Shown: positions 29,544 to 41,269, counted from the first letter of the stretch. The stretch: 64,000 bases of DNA from Actinomycetota bacterium (GCA_014360645.1 JACIXD010000006.1:79940-143939), one strand, 5' to 3'. The notes: generated by a model from the letters alone, not told the origin. Translations and numbers: made by a program.

Positions 29544-32429
29544 TCACCCCGCTTTCTCTCTTGTTTCGAGGCCCAGCAGAGGACGCAGGAACTCTCCGGT
29601 ATAGGAGCCGGGGGTCGCCGCCACCTCCTCCGGCGTCCCCTCCGCCACCACGCGGCCCCCCTCCCCGCCTCCCTCGGGACCGAGGTCGATCACCCAGTCC
29701 GCGCACTTGATCACGTCCAGGTTGTGCTCGATGATGAGCACGGTATTGCCCGCGTCCACCAGCCCCTGGAGCATGTCCAGGAGCTTGGCGATGTCGTCGA
29801 AATGGAGGCCCGTTGTGGGCTCGTCCAGGAGATAGAGGGTGCGTCCCGTGGCGCGCCTGTTCAGTTCAGAGGCGAGCTTCACCCGCTGCGCCTCGCCGCC
29901 GGAGAGGGTTGGCGCGGGCTGCCCGAGCTTTATGTACCCCAGGCCCACGTCGTTGAGGGTCTGCAGGTGGCGACGGATGGGAGGGATGGCGGAAAAGAAT
30001 TCCAGCGCCTCCTCGACGGACATCTCCAGCACCTGGCTGATGTTGCGTCCCTTGAAGGTCACCTGCAGGGTCTCCTCGTTGTACCTCTTGCCCTTGCAGA
30101 CCTCGCAGGGGATGAAGACGTCGGGCAGGAAGTGCATCTCTATCTTGATGGTGCCGTCGCCGCGGCAGGCCTCGCACCGGCCTCCCCGCACGTTGAAGCT
30201 GAACCTGCCGGGCCTGTAGCCCCGCGCACGGGCCTCCACCGTCTGGGCGAAGACGGCGCGTATGCGGTCGAATACCCCGGTGTAGGTGGCGGGGTTGGAG
30301 CGCGGGGTGCGACCGATGGGGCTCTGGTCGATGTTGATGACCTTGTCGATGTGCTCCAGGCCCAAGATGCCGGCGTGTTTCCCCGGGGGCACTTTGGAGC
30401 GGTAGAGCCTCCTCGCCAGCCCGCGGTAGAGGACGTCGTGCACCAGGGTGCTCTTTCCCGACCCCGAGACGCCGGTCACGCACACCAGCCTTCCCAGCGG
30501 TATCTCCACGTCGATCCCCTTGAGGTTGTGCTCCTCCGCCCCCTTTATCACCAGGCTGCGCCCGTTGCCGGCGCGGCGTGCACCGGGCGGCCGGATGGAC
30601 CGGTCGCCGCGCAGGTAGCTGGCGGTTATGGAATCCCGGTGCTGCAGAAGCCCCTGCAGGGGACCGCTGTAGACGATCTCTCCTCCGTGCTCCCCCGCCC
30701 CCGGCCCGATGTCCACCACCCAGTCTGAGGCGCGGATGGTGGCCTCGTCGTGCTCCACCACGATGAGGGTGTTGCCGAGGTCGCGCAGGCCTTCCAGGGT
30801 GGCGATGAGGCGGCGGTTGTCGCGCTGGTGAAGTCCTATGGACGGCTCGTCGAGGATGTACAACACCCCCACCAGCCCGCTCCCGATCTGGGTGGCGAGG
30901 CGTATGCGCTGCGCCTCCCCGCCCGCCAGGGTGGAGGCCGCGCGGTCGAGGGAGAGGTAATCAAGGCCCACGTCCACGAGGAAACCCAGGCGCGCCGACA
31001 GCTCTTTGAGGATGCGGCGCGCGATGGCCTCCTCGGTGGGGCTCAAGGGAAGACTTGACAGGAAGCGTGCGCACTCGCGGATGGAAAGGCATGAGAGCTG
31101 GTGGATGTTCAGGCCCCCCACGGTGACCGCGAGGCTGGCCGGCTTCAGCCGTGCACCACCGCAGGCGGGGCAAGGCCTGAGGTTCATGTACTGGGAGATG
31201 CGGGCGCGAGCGTATTCCGAGTCCGTCTCCGCGTAACGCCGCTCCAGCCACCTGATCACCCCCTCGTAGCGTGTGAAGTAGGCGCGCGCGTAGCCTCGGC
31301 GGCTGCGGTAGCGCACGTACACCTTCTCCTCCCCAGTGCCGTAGAGGATCTTCTCCCTTATCTCCGCGGGTAGCTCGCCGAAGGGAGTGCGCGTGCTGAA
31401 CTCGTACTTCTCGGCCAGCGCTTCCAGGAGGCGGTATGCGTAGGTGGAGGTGGCGGCGCTGGGCCAGGCCGCTATGGCCCCCTCCTCGATGCTCAGGGTG
31501 GGGTCGGGCACCACCAGCTCGGGATCGATGACCTGGAGGTATCCAAGCCCGCTGCATTCCGGGCACGCTCCGTAGGGGCTGTTGAAGGAGAACATGCGCG
31601 GCTCCAGCTCCGGCAGGTTGACGTCGCACTGCGGGCAGGAGAAATGCTCGCTGTACCAGCGGTCCTCCTCCCCCTCCGCCCCGACCACCACCATGCCCCC
31701 TCCGAGCTCGAGCGCGGTCTCTAGGGAGTCCGCCAGGCGGCGGCGCAGGCCTTCCTTGATCACCAGGCGGTCCACCACCACCTCGATGTCGTGCCGTACG
31801 TACCTCTCCAGGCGTATGTCCTCTTCCAGGTCTACGTAACGTCCGTCCACCCGCGCCCTGGCGAACCCCTTTCCCCTCATCTCCGCCAGGAGCCGCGAGT
31901 ACTCACCCTTGCGCCCGCGCACCAGGGGGGCGAGGATGTAGAGGCGCGTCCCGGGCTCGTAGGCGAGCACCTTCTCGATGATCTGCTGCGCGGTCTGGCG
32001 CTCGATGGGCCGGCCGCAGGACGGGCAGTGCGCCCTGCCTATGCGCGCGTAGAGGAGGCGGAGGTAGTCGTGGATCTCTGTGATGGTCCCCACCGTGGAG
32101 CGGGGATTCCTGGTGGCGCTCTTCTGGTCGATGGAGATGGCCGGGGAGAGCCCGTCGATGTGGTCCACGTCGGGCTTCTCCATCTGGCCCAGGAACTGTC
32201 TGGCGTAGGCGGACAGGGACTCCACGTACCTGCGCTGCCCCTCGGCGTAGATGGTGTCGAAGGCCAGGGACGACTTGCCGCTTCCCGAGAGGCCGGTCAT
32301 GACGATGAGCCTGCCCCGGGGCAGCCTGAGGTGGACGTTCTTGAGGTTGTGCTCACGCGCGCCGCTGATGACTATCCATTCCGTATACGGCGGCACCTCC
32401 GGCAGCTCGGTCGCTCCCTCCATCACCAT
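29544..32429 (-). CDS. uvrA: Excinuclease ABC subunit A
   Basis: GAREHNLK, two Walker A motifs, zinc fingers, LSGGEAQR. Confidence 0.98.
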   Translation of the reverse strand: MVMEGATELPEVPPYTEWIVISGAREHNLKNVHLRLPRGRLIVMTGLSGSGKSSLAFDTIYAEGQRRYVESLSAYARQFLGQMEKPDVDHIDGLSPAISIDQKSATRNPRSTVGTITEIHDYLRLLYARIGRAHCPSCGRPIERQTAQQIIEKVLAYEPGTRLYILAPLVRGRKGEYSRLLAEMRGKGFARARVDGRYVDLEEDIRLERYVRHDIEVVVDRLVIKEGLRRRLADSLETALELGGGMVVVGAEGEEDRWYSEHFSCPQCDVNLPELEPRMFSFNSPYGACPECSGLGYLQVIDPELVVPDPTLSIEEGAIAAWPSAATSTYAYRLLEALAEKYEFSTRTPFGELPAEIREKILYGTGEEKVYVRYRSRRGYARAYFTRYEGVIRWLERRYAETDSEYARARISQYMNLRPCPACGGARLKPASLAVTVGGLNIHQLSCLSIRECARFLSSLPLSPTEEAIARRILKELSARLGFLVDVGLDYLSLDRAASTLAGGEAQRIRLATQIGSGLVGVLYILDEPSIGLHQRDNRRLIATLEGLRDLGNTLIVVEHDEATIRASDWVVDIGPGAGEHGGEIVYSGPLQGLLQHRDSITASYLRGDRSIRPPGARRAGNGRSLVIKGAEEHNLKGIDVEIPLGRLVCVTGVSGSGKSTLVHDVLYRGLARRLYRSKVPPGKHAGILGLEHIDKVINIDQSPIGRTPRSNPATYTGVFDRIRAVFAQTVEARARGYRPGRFSFNVRGGRCEACRGDGTIKIEMHFLPDVFIPCEVCKGKRYNEETLQVTFKGRNISQVLEMSVEEALEFFSAIPPIRRHLQTLNDVGLGYIKLGQPAPTLSGGEAQRVKLASELNRRATGRTLYLLDEPTTGLHFDDIAKLLDMLQGLVDAGNTVLIIEHNLDVIKCADWVIDLGPEGGGEGGRVVAEGTPEEVAATPGSYTGEFLRPLLGLETREKAG

Positions 32430-32610
32430 CCCCGTTCCGTAGAAGTGTCCGGACCCGGACCATGGCGCCCCTGCCCGGTCTCATAGACGGCGCTCGCCTC
32501 CGTGCGGGGGCCGGTTGCCCGGCCTCTCCCCGCCCCCCGCCCTCACGACCCGGGAAAGCTCCGCGCCTCCCTTGCCGGCAATGGCCGTGCGCCCATGGCG
32601 TGGGAGGTCC

Positions 32611-34623
32611 TCAAACGCCGCCGGCCCTCTCCCGCTCCGCCCGACGGCGCAGGCGTTTCTTGAGGTCGGCGATCTCGTCTCGCAGGCGCGCCGCGTACTC
32701 GAAGCGGAGGTCGTCGGCGGCCAGCCGCATCTCCTCCTCGAGGCCGGCGATGAGCCTTTCCAGCTCGGGGAGGGGCATCTCCTCCTGCTCCCTCCTGCGC
32801 ACGCGGTAGGGAGCCTTCTCGTCCGGGACCAGGACCATATCCATTATATCGCTCACGCGCTTGCGGACCGTCTGGGGGTCTATGCCGTGCTCTCGGTTGT
32901 AGGCTATCTGCAGGGCGCGCCTGCGCTCCGTCTCCTCCAGGGCCCGGCGCATGGACTCGGTGACCTCCGAGGCGTACATGATCACCTCCCCGTGCACGTT
33001 GCGCGAGGCTCTCCCGATGGTCTGGATGAGGGAACGCTCGTTGCGTAAAAATCCCTCCTTGTCGGCGTCCAGGATGGCCACCAAAGACACCTCGGGCAGG
33101 TCGAGGCCCTCGCGCAGCAGGTTGATGCCCACCAGGACGTCGAACTCCCCCGTGCGCAGGTCGCGTATGATCTCCACGCGGTCCAGGGTGTCGATCTCGG
33201 AGTGCAGGTAGCGCACCCTGAGGCCCATCTCCAGGAGGTAATCGGTGAGGTTCTCCGCCATGCGCTTGGTGAGGGTGGTCACCAGGGTGCGCTCGTCGCG
33301 CTCCACGCGGCGCCGTATCTCCGCCATGAGGTCGTCTATCTGGCCCCGGGCGGGACGCACCGAAAGCTCGGGGTCCACCAGGCCGGTGGGGCGGATGATC
33401 TGCTCGACCACCCGCGCGGAGAGACCCAGTTCCCAGTCCCCGGGGGTGGCGCTCACGCAGATCACCTGGTTTACCCGGGATAGGAACTCCTCGAAGCGCA
33501 GGGGGCGGTTGTCCAAGGCGGAGGGGAGGCGGAAACCGTATTCCACCAGGGTGCGCTTGCGCGACATGTCGCCCTCGTACATGCCGCGCAGCTGGGGCAC
33601 GGTGATGTGGGACTCGTCTATGAACACCAGGTAATCCTCGGGGAAGAAATCCAGCAGGGTATAGGGGGGCTCGCCGGGCCTCCTGCCGTCCAGGTGCCGG
33701 GAATAGTTCTCCACCCCGGAACAGTACCCCATCTCCCGCAGCATCTCCAGGTCGTAGGTGGTGCGCTGCAGCAGCCTCTGCGCCTCCAGGAGCTTACCCG
33801 CCGCCTCCAGCTCCGCCACGCGTCCCTCCAACTCCTCGCGTATGGACTCCACGGCGCGCCGCAGGTTCTCCTCACTGGTGAGATAATGGGTGGCCGGGTA
33901 CACCGCGAGGCGCTCCTCCCTGCTCAACACCTCCCCGGTGAGGGGGTCGATGACGGTGACCCGCTCCAGCTCGTCCCCGAAGAACTCTGCCCGGACCACT
34001 CTCTCCTCGTAGCTGGGATAGATTTCCAGGGTATCCCCCTTGAGCCGGAAGGCGCCGCGCGCCAACTCGTAGTTGTTGCGCACGTACTGCATGTCCACCA
34101 GCTGGCGCACCACCGCCTCCAGGTCGTACTCCCTGCCTCGCTCGAGGATGAGCACCCGGTTCAGGTACTCCTGGGGGCTCCCGAGGCCGTAGATGCAGGA
34201 CACCGAGGCCACGATGATCACGTCGCGGCGCGACAGCAAGGCCGAGGTGGCGCGGTGGCGCAGGCGGTCGATGTCCTCGTTTATGGAGGTGTCTTTCTCT
34301 ATGTAGGTGTCCGAGCGGGGCACGTAGGCCTCCGGCTGGTAATAATCGTAATAGCTGACGAAATATTCCACGGCGTTCTCCGGGAACAGCTCGCGGAACT
34401 CGTTGCAGAGCTGCGCCGCCAGGGTCTTGTTGGGGGCGATGACCAGGGCGGGCCGGTCCACAGCGTCGATCACGTGGGCCATGGTGAAGGTCTTCCCGGA
34501 ACCCGTCACCCCCAGGAGGGTCTGCACGCGCTCGCCTGCCCGCAGCCCCTCCACCAGGGAGGCGATGGCCCGGGGCTGGTCGCCGCGGGGAGTGAGGTCT
34601 GCGGCGATGCGGAATCCTCCCAT
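32611..34623 (-). CDS. uvrB: Excinuclease ABC subunit B
   Basis: [35 protein letters not shown] domain. Confidence 0.98.
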   Translation of the reverse strand: MGGFRIAADLTPRGDQPRAIASLVEGLRAGERVQTLLGVTGSGKTFTMAHVIDAVDRPALVIAPNKTLAAQLCNEFRELFPENAVEYFVSYYDYYQPEAYVPRSDTYIEKDTSINEDIDRLRHRATSALLSRRDVIIVASVSCIYGLGSPQEYLNRVLILERGREYDLEAVVRQLVDMQYVRNNYELARGAFRLKGDTLEIYPSYEERVVRAEFFGDELERVTVIDPLTGEVLSREERLAVYPATHYLTSEENLRRAVESIREELEGRVAELEAAGKLLEAQRLLQRTTYDLEMLREMGYCSGVENYSRHLDGRRPGEPPYTLLDFFPEDYLVFIDESHITVPQLRGMYEGDMSRKRTLVEYGFRLPSALDNRPLRFEEFLSRVNQVICVSATPGDWELGLSARVVEQIIRPTGLVDPELSVRPARGQIDDLMAEIRRRVERDERTLVTTLTKRMAENLTDYLLEMGLRVRYLHSEIDTLDRVEIIRDLRTGEFDVLVGINLLREGLDLPEVSLVAILDADKEGFLRNERSLIQTIGRASRNVHGEVIMYASEVTESMRRALEETERRRALQIAYNREHGIDPQTVRKRVSDIMDMVLVPDEKAPYRVRRREQEEMPLPELERLIAGLEEEMRLAADDLRFEYAARLRDEIADLKKRLRRRAERERAGGV

Positions 34624-34624
34624 A

Positions 34625-35356
34625 CTAGAGGTCACCTCGCGCCAGCAACTCCGGGAGCTCCCTGAGGTCGCGCACGCGTTCGCCGCCGAAATCCGGGAAC
34701 CTTCCCCAACGGTCCAGGAGCACCGCCCGCATGCCCGCCTCCCTCGGTCCCCGGTAGTCGGAGAGGGGCGAGTCCCCGACGTGCAGCGCCCGGCGGGCAT
34801 GCACCCCGGCCCTGCGCAGCGCCAGGGCGTAGATCTCCGGGTGAGGCTTTTCGTATCTCTCGCGGCCCGAGATCACCATTACCTCGAAGTGGCGGCTGAG
34901 GTCCAGGTCGTCGAGGAGGTCCTGCAGCCAGGCCTCGAAGTTGGAGATGATGCCCAGGCGGTAGCCTTCCTCCCTCAAGCGTGCGAGGGTCTCGGGCACG
35001 TCGTGGTAAGCTGTGTAGTTGGCGGGATCGGAGAAGGTGCGGTAGAGGTGGAGGGGAAGGTCTCCGTCGGCCTCTTCTCCTCCCAGCTCCCGCACCAGGC
35101 GCGAATAGAAGTCAAGCCAGAAACGCCGGGATTCCTCCGCGTCGTTGGTGAAGGTATATCCCTCCTTCTGGCGTTCCTCAACCCCCGCCATGAGGCAACG
35201 CGTGGCCGCCGGCAGCAGCGAGAGGTCCACCTCGAGCCCGTGGGAGGCGCAGACCTGCTTGAAGAGCTGGGGGAAGGAGGGCTCGGGGTGGACGAGGGTC
35301 TCTCCCGCGTCGAAGAACACCATCTCCGTCCCCCTCTCCGCGGGCGGGTTTGTCAT
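34625..35356 (-). CDS. HAD-IA family hydrolase
   Basis: FDAGETL, IISN, EKP, HVGDS..D motifs. Confidence 0.9.
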   Translation of the reverse strand: MTNPPAERGTEMVFFDAGETLVHPEPSFPQLFKQVCASHGLEVDLSLLPAATRCLMAGVEERQKEGYTFTNDAEESRRFWLDFYSRLVRELGGEEADGDLPLHLYRTFSDPANYTAYHDVPETLARLREEGYRLGIISNFEAWLQDLLDDLDLSRHFEVMVISGRERYEKPHPEIYALALRRAGVHARRALHVGDSPLSDYRGPREAGMRAVLLDRWGRFPDFGGERVRDLRELPELLARGDL

Positions 35357-35390
35357 GGGCGCTTACCGTCCTCTATCATTAATCCAACAA

Positions 35391-35406
35391 GGGCTCGATC
35401 GAGCCC
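35391..35406. promoter_or_regulatory. Perfect 16-bp palindrome between divergent genes
   Basis: GGGCTCGATCGAGCCC, flanked by the inverted pair CTATCATT (35373-35380) and AATGATAG (35415-35422). Confidence 0.45.
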
Positions 35407-35451
35407 CTGATATGAATGATAGCACGCCGACGGGCGGGGAGGTCGATGGTT

Positions 35452-35667
35452 ATGGCGCGCAACACCTGCCGCTCCCTGAGGGGATGTCCGGCCAGCCAGT
35501 ACCTCTACTGCGAGGCCTACCTGAAGGGCCTGGAATGCTGGCAGATCGAGGAACCGCGCTGTTCGCGCGAGCTGCGCTACTGCCTGCAGTACGGGTGCCC
35601 CGTCTACGAGCGCTACAAGGAGGAGATCGAGGAGGCCCTCCGGGAGAGAGCCCTGGAGCGGCGCTGA
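35452..35667 (+). CDS. Small Cys-rich protein (7 Cys), putative metal/Fe-S binder
   Basis: GGAGG SD, GC3-rich codons, C-x5-CP..C..CW..C..C-x4-CPVY. Confidence 0.75.
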   Translation: MARNTCRSLRGCPASQYLYCEAYLKGLECWQIEEPRCSRELRYCLQYGCPVYERYKEEIEEALRERALERR

Positions 35668-35700
35668 CGCCGGCCGGCGAGGCGATATGCGCTCGCCATC

Positions 35701-36330
35701 TCACCCTTCCTTATCGCGTTTCTCCCTCGCCTTGGCATCTATGGCCTTCCAGGCGGCCTCCACCTCGCGGCGCAGTTCCTCCATGCTTCCCTGGTTGCGT
35801 ATCACGTGATCGGCGTAGGCCAGCCTTTCCTCCCGCGAGACCTGGGAGCGGATGCGCGCCCAAGCCTCTTGCTCGGAGATGCCGCGGTCGGATACCTGCC
35901 TCTGCGCCTGCAGCTCCGGCGGTGCGTCCACCACCAGGGTGAAGTCGAACATGTCTCCCGCCCTCACGTCCACCAGCAGGGGTATGTCCAGCACCGCTAT
36001 GCCTTCGGGCCCGTGATCCTCCTCCCATGCGCGCAGGCGTTCGAACATGAGCTGGAAGATGCGGGGGTGGGTGACGCGGTTGAGGAAAGCCCTCTCCTCC
36101 TCGTCGGCGAAGACGATCTGGCCCAGCCTGGCGCGGTCGATCTCCCCCTCCCCGTTCAGCACCTCGGGGCCGAAATGCTCCACGATCTCACGCCAGGCGG
36201 GCTGCCCTTTTCTCACCACCTCCCGCGCCAGGCGGTCGGTCTCGATGACGTAGGCGCCCTTCTCCTCCAGCATCCTGCACACGGTGCTCTTTCCGCTGGC
36301 TATGCCGCCCGTCAGGGCCACCAGGAACAA
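35701..36330 (-). CDS. coaE: Dephospho-CoA kinase
   Basis: LTGGIASGKSTV, IDRARLG, THP, DIPLL. Confidence 0.95.
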   Translation of the reverse strand: MFLVALTGGIASGKSTVCRMLEEKGAYVIETDRLAREVVRKGQPAWREIVEHFGPEVLNGEGEIDRARLGQIVFADEEERAFLNRVTHPRIFQLMFERLRAWEEDHGPEGIAVLDIPLLVDVRAGDMFDFTLVVDAPPELQAQRQVSDRGISEQEAWARIRSQVSREERLAYADHVIRNQGSMEELRREVEAAWKAIDAKAREKRDKEG

Positions 36331-36763
36331 GGGTCTCTCCTTCCCTTTACGCCTTGCCTCGCGCCCCCGTGTCCGCCGGGGTGTTGTTCACAGTATTCGC
36401 CCTGCCCCGACCGCTATCCCGCGGACGAGGGCGGGGAACGCGGTTCTTTTCCTGCGTCGATCTGTCAGGCGCGACGCGTCTCCGGGAGCCGATCTCATCT
36501 ACGTTTTCAGCATCAACAGAGGTCGCGCGGCTTCGGGCTCCGCGAAAATGATCTGCCGGGATCTTCCGTCATCGCCAGAACGGGCTCTGACCGGTATGGC
36601 CTCGTGGAAGGCTTCTGCTCTTGCCGCCGGAAGCGCTCTCCGGGGCGAAGGTTTCTCCCGCCTTCGCCGCCGCCCGCGACGTCTGGTCAAATGGAAATTG
36701 ATGGTTATGAACCGCCAAAATCACGGGGGCAACCCGCTTACGGCGGTCACCGGGTATCCGGCC

Positions 36764-38431
36764 TCAATTCTGTTTGCGTTTCATGTCCCGGATGATGGAT
36801 TCGAGGCTTCCCTCCGGAGGTTCTTCCTCTTCCTCCTCCACCGCCTCCAGACGCTCCCCGGATGCCTCCGCCTCCTCGGGTCCGGCCACCGATGCCGTCT
36901 CCTCCTCGAAGGACGCACCCGCCGCCTCTTCAGAGGGGGGCTCTCCGCCCGTCTCCGCGGGCTGCAATTCCGCGGCCTCCTCGAGGACGCTCTCCCCCGC
37001 CGTCTCCACCGGGGTCGCTTCCCCGGCCACGGGGGGCGCTTCCTCTACCTGCTCCGCGGCCGCGGCTTCCTCCGCTGCCGCCTCCGCTTCCTCTTCCCTC
37101 TCCTCGGCCGGCTCCTCCGCCGTCACCGCGGCGGTTTCGGTGGAGGCCTCGTGGAGGGCGGCTTCCGCCTCCGCGACCCCCTCCCCGGCAGCGGCAACCT
37201 CTTCATCCGCTGCCCCGGCGGCCTCGGCTACCTCGGCGACCTCCGCGGCCTCCTCAGCTGGCTCTTCCTCCTCCGCCTCATAAACCGCGTCCGCGGCTCC
37301 CGGGACCTGCTTGAGACTGAGGCTTATGCGCCTGCGGTCGATGTCGATATCGATGACTTTGACGTCTATCTCCTGGTTGACCGAGAGCACCTCGTCCGGC
37401 TGCTCTACGTGCCGGCGCGAAAGCTCCGAGATATGGATCAGGCCTTCGATGCCCGGCCTTACCTGTACGAAGGCTCCGAAGGGAACCAGCTTGGTGACCG
37501 TGCCCCGGATGATCTCCCCTATCATCACGTCCTGGGAGAGCTGCTCCCAGGGATCCGCCTGGCAGGCCTTGAGGCTCAAAGATATGCGCTCACGCTCCCG
37601 GTCTACGTCGAGGATCTCCACCTCCACCTCGTCGCCCACCGAGAGCACCTCGCTGGGCTTCTCCACGTGGCACCAGGACAGCTCCGAGATGTGCACCAGG
37701 CCGTCTATGCCGCCGAGGTTGATAAAGGCTCCGAAGGACACCAGGCTGGAGACCTTGCCGCTCACCCGCATGCCCTTGTCCAGGTTCTCCAGGAGTATCT
37801 TCCTGCGTTCGCTTGCCGTCTCCTCCATGAACGCCCGCCGCGAGAGCACCACGTTGTTGCGGTTGCGGTCCATCTCGATGATCTTGCAGGTGAGCTGGGT
37901 GCCCAGGAAGGAATGGAGGTCCTTTACGCGGTGCACGTCGATGAGGGAGGCGGGAAGAAAGCCTCGCAGGCCTATATCCAGGATGAGGCCTCCCTTCACC
38001 ACCTCGATGACCTCGCCCTCCACGGGCTCGTTCTCCATCATCTTCTTCTCCAGCAGGTCCCAGGAGCGTTCGTACTGGGCCCTTTTCTTGGAGAGGATGA
38101 GGCGCCCTTCCTTGTCCTCCTTCTGGAGCACCAGGGCGTCGATCTCGTCGCCCACCTTCACCACTTCCTCCGCCTTGACGCCGTAGCGGATGGACAGCTC
38201 GCGGGCCGGGATCACCCCCTCGGATTTGTAGCCGATGTCCAGGAGGACCTCGTCCTTGTCCACCTTCACCACCGTTCCGGCGATGATGTCCCCCTCGGAG
38301 AAGACCTTGATGGTCTTGTCGTAGTTGGGGGTCTCGCTGTCTGAGTAGTCGAAGTTGGTCAGGGGGGTGGACAGTTCGGGGGTCTCAGGGGGGTTTACAA
38401 ACTCGCGCTCTCTTTCCGTTTGATCCAGCAT
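36764..38431 (-). CDS. rpsA: 30S ribosomal protein S1 with long acidic tail
   Basis: Four S1 repeats (DIGYKSEGVIP, GFLPASL, GLVHISELSW, GLIHISEL). Confidence 0.96.
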   Translation of the reverse strand: MLDQTEREREFVNPPETPELSTPLTNFDYSDSETPNYDKTIKVFSEGDIIAGTVVKVDKDEVLLDIGYKSEGVIPARELSIRYGVKAEEVVKVGDEIDALVLQKEDKEGRLILSKKRAQYERSWDLLEKKMMENEPVEGEVIEVVKGGLILDIGLRGFLPASLIDVHRVKDLHSFLGTQLTCKIIEMDRNRNNVVLSRRAFMEETASERRKILLENLDKGMRVSGKVSSLVSFGAFINLGGIDGLVHISELSWCHVEKPSEVLSVGDEVEVEILDVDRERERISLSLKACQADPWEQLSQDVMIGEIIRGTVTKLVPFGAFVQVRPGIEGLIHISELSRRHVEQPDEVLSVNQEIDVKVIDIDIDRRRISLSLKQVPGAADAVYEAEEEEPAEEAAEVAEVAEAAGAADEEVAAAGEGVAEAEAALHEASTETAAVTAEEPAEEREEEAEAAAEEAAAAEQVEEAPPVAGEATPVETAGESVLEEAAELQPAETGGEPPSEEAAGASFEEETASVAGPEEAEASGERLEAVEEEEEEPPEGSLESIIRDMKRKQN

Positions 38432-38560
38432 TCGTTCCTTTCCTCCAAATTAGATTTTTTATCCACGGCCCCTCCTTTTGACGGTCAAGGCACACGGACA
38501 GCTTATTCTAGCATTTTCTGAAGGATTTGCACAGAGAGCGGCGCCGTGAGCGGAAGCCGG

Positions 38561-41269
38561 TCATTTCGCGTCGTACCAGGATGAGCCCCTGCTCACCTCC
38601 ACCTTGAGGGGGACACGGAGACGGAAAGCGTTCTCCATCTCGTGGCGGGCGATCTCCATCATGGCGGACTCCTCTCCCTCCACCACGTCGAAGACCAGCT
38701 CGTCATGGACCTGCAGCACCATGCGCGAGCGACATCCTTCCTCGCGCATGCGCCGGTAAACCCGCAACATGGCCAGCTTGATGATGTCCGCGGCGCTTCC
38801 CTGGATGGGAGTATTGAAGGCCAGCCTCTCCCCCAGCCTGCGCAGGCGCACGTTGCCCTGGGCGAGCTCGGGTATCTCCCTCCTCCTCCCCAGGATGGTG
38901 GTCACGTATCCTCGCGAGGCCGCCAGCTCCACCTGGCGGTCGAGGAAGGCGCGCACCCCGGGGAACTCCCTGAAATAGCGCGTGATGTACTCCTCGGCCT
39001 CCTCCTGCTCGATCCCCAGCTGCTCGGCCAGCCCGAAGGGGCTGATGCCGTAGATAATCCCGAAGTTGATGGCCTTGGCCCGGCGGCGGTGTTCGGGGGT
39101 CACCTCCTGGAAGGGGATCCCGAACACCTCCGAGGCGGTGGAGGCGTGGATGTCGCGGTCCTCCTCGAAGGCCAGCTTCAGGCCGGGGTCCTGGGAGAGG
39201 TGAGCCATGACCCGCAGCTCGATCTGGGAATAGTCCGCGGAGATGATGCAGCCTCCGGGAGTGGTGGGGAGGAAGGCCTTGCGTATGGACCTCCCCAGCG
39301 CGGTGCGCACGGGGATGTTCTGCAGGTTCGGGTTGCTGGAGGAAAGCCGTCCCGTGGAGGTGACCGTCTGGTTGAAGCACGCGTGCAGCCTGCCCGTACG
39401 CGGGTCCACCAGGCGAGGCAGGGCGGTGATATAGGTATTGAGGAGCTTTGAGAGCTCGCGGTAGCGAAGGATCACCCCGGCAATGGGGTGCTCCGCCTCC
39501 AGGGACTGCAGCACCGCCACGTCGGTGGCGTAGCCGGTCTTGGTGCGCCTGCGCGGCGGCAGGCCGAGGACCTCGAAGAGAACGCGAGCAAGCTGCTGGG
39601 GAGAGTTGATATTGAACTCCTCGCCCGCCAGCTCGTAAGCGCGTCTCTCGAGTCCGGACAGCTCCTCCTTCAGCTCCGCCTCCATCTCCGCCAGCACCGA
39701 GGGATCGAGGCGGATGCCGTTTATCTCCATCTCCGCCAGCACCGCCTCCAGGGGCATCTCCACCTCGCGATAGAGGTCCTGGAGTTCCCGCAGGGCCATC
39801 TCCGCCTCCAGGGCAGGGACCAGGTCCCCTACAGCGCGGGCCAGGCGCGCCGTTGCGACCGCTCCCTCCTCCTCCTCCTCGACGAGAGCCATCTGCGCCG
39901 GGGGCGCGGCATCCCGCACGGCGCCCAGGTAGCGCCCGCAGATGCTCTCGAGATCATGCCTGACCCCGGAGGGGTTCACCAGGTAGGAGGCCAGCTCCAC
40001 GTCGAAATCCACCTCGCCGTGCAGGCCGCACAGGCGTTGGCACTGCACCATGAAGTCCTTGCCGCGGTAGATGTCTATACGCAGGCCCCGGTTCTCGGAT
40101 ACCCATTCCAGGAAGGAACGCAGCATCCCCACGCCCGACTCCGAGCGCAGGTCGAGGTGGTAAAGGCGCTCGCCCGCCGCCAGGGCCATGGCCTCCATGC
40201 TCCCCCGCGTGAACCCCTCTCCCTTCAGGGCGGGATAGATGGAGACCTCTCCCTCCCGCGCGAGGTGTCGCAGCATCTCCCCCAGCGCCTCTTCGTCCCC
40301 CACCTCCGTGACCTCCAGGACGCCTTCCGAGTCCGCCTCCCCTTCTCCGCCCTCCTCCTTTTCCGAGGGGAAGAGCGCGCGGCGGAGCTGCGAAAGGCGC
40401 TCGTAATGCTTCCTGAATTCCAGGGAATCCATGATCCTGTAGAGCTCACCGTCGTCCCAAGGCCTGAGTTCGCAACTCTCCAGGCCGGCGAGGGGCAAAG
40501 GCACGTCTCGCCGGGCGGTGGCCAGCTCGCGGCTCATGAAGGCGCTCTCGCGGTTCTCCTCCAGTGCCCGCCTCACCTTGGGGGGCGTGATCTCGTCCAG
40601 GTGTTCGTATACTCCCTCCAGGCTCCCGAAGCGCGCGATGAGCGCGGCGGCGGTCTTCTCGCCTATCCCCGGGACCCCGGGGATATTGTCCGAGACGTCG
40701 CCCTTCAGGGCGAGGTAGTCCACGATCTGGGACGGATCCACTCCGAATCTCTCCCTGACCGCGGCCGGGTCGTAGACGGTTATGTCGGTGATCCCCTTGC
40801 GGTTGGCGATGATGCGCACCCGCTCGTCCACAAGCTGCAGGGCATCACGGTCCCCGGTGACGATGAAGACCTCGTCCCGGGGCTCGAGCGTGGTGGCCAG
40901 GGTGGCCAGGAGGTCGTCCGCCTCGTATCCCTCCACCTCCAGGGCGGTGATGCCCAGGGCCTCCAGGACGGCGTGGATCACCCCCATCTGGTCCCTCAGC
41001 TCGTCGGGCATGGGCTTGCGGTGCGCCTTGTATTCCGCGAAGCGTTCGGTGCGGAACTCCGGCCTCCCCCTGTCGAAAGCCACCACCATGGCCTCCGGCC
41101 GCAGCTCCTCCAACACCTTGATGAGCATGGAGACGAACCCGAAGACGGCGTTGGTGGGCTGGCCGGAGGAGGTGGCCATCTCCGCCGGGAGGGCGTAGAA
41201 GGCGCGGTAGGCGAGGCTGTGCCCGTCTATGAGCACCCATCTCCGGCTCTCCGGCGTACTCGCGACCAT
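38561..41269 (-). CDS. polA: DNA polymerase I
   Basis: DGHSLAYRAF 5'-3' exonuclease, TGRLSSSNPNLQNIP, DYSQIELR, QVHDEL. Confidence 0.98.
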   Translation of the reverse strand: MVASTPESRRWVLIDGHSLAYRAFYALPAEMATSSGQPTNAVFGFVSMLIKVLEELRPEAMVVAFDRGRPEFRTERFAEYKAHRKPMPDELRDQMGVIHAVLEALGITALEVEGYEADDLLATLATTLEPRDEVFIVTGDRDALQLVDERVRIIANRKGITDITVYDPAAVRERFGVDPSQIVDYLALKGDVSDNIPGVPGIGEKTAAALIARFGSLEGVYEHLDEITPPKVRRALEENRESAFMSRELATARRDVPLPLAGLESCELRPWDDGELYRIMDSLEFRKHYERLSQLRRALFPSEKEEGGEGEADSEGVLEVTEVGDEEALGEMLRHLAREGEVSIYPALKGEGFTRGSMEAMALAAGERLYHLDLRSESGVGMLRSFLEWVSENRGLRIDIYRGKDFMVQCQRLCGLHGEVDFDVELASYLVNPSGVRHDLESICGRYLGAVRDAAPPAQMALVEEEEEGAVATARLARAVGDLVPALEAEMALRELQDLYREVEMPLEAVLAEMEINGIRLDPSVLAEMEAELKEELSGLERRAYELAGEEFNINSPQQLARVLFEVLGLPPRRRTKTGYATDVAVLQSLEAEHPIAGVILRYRELSKLLNTYITALPRLVDPRTGRLHACFNQTVTSTGRLSSSNPNLQNIPVRTALGRSIRKAFLPTTPGGCIISADYSQIELRVMAHLSQDPGLKLAFEEDRDIHASTASEVFGIPFQEVTPEHRRRAKAINFGIIYGISPFGLAEQLGIEQEEAEEYITRYFREFPGVRAFLDRQVELAASRGYVTTILGRRREIPELAQGNVRLRRLGERLAFNTPIQGSAADIIKLAMLRVYRRMREEGCRSRMVLQVHDELVFDVVEGEESAMMEIARHEMENAFRLRVPLKVEVSRGSSWYDAK

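Noticed and set aside
36340-36760. Possible ncRNA in the rpsA-coaE spacer of about 430 nt
   Set aside because: Only short GC hairpins expected by chance at this GC content; no recognisable family, promoter-terminator pair or ORF
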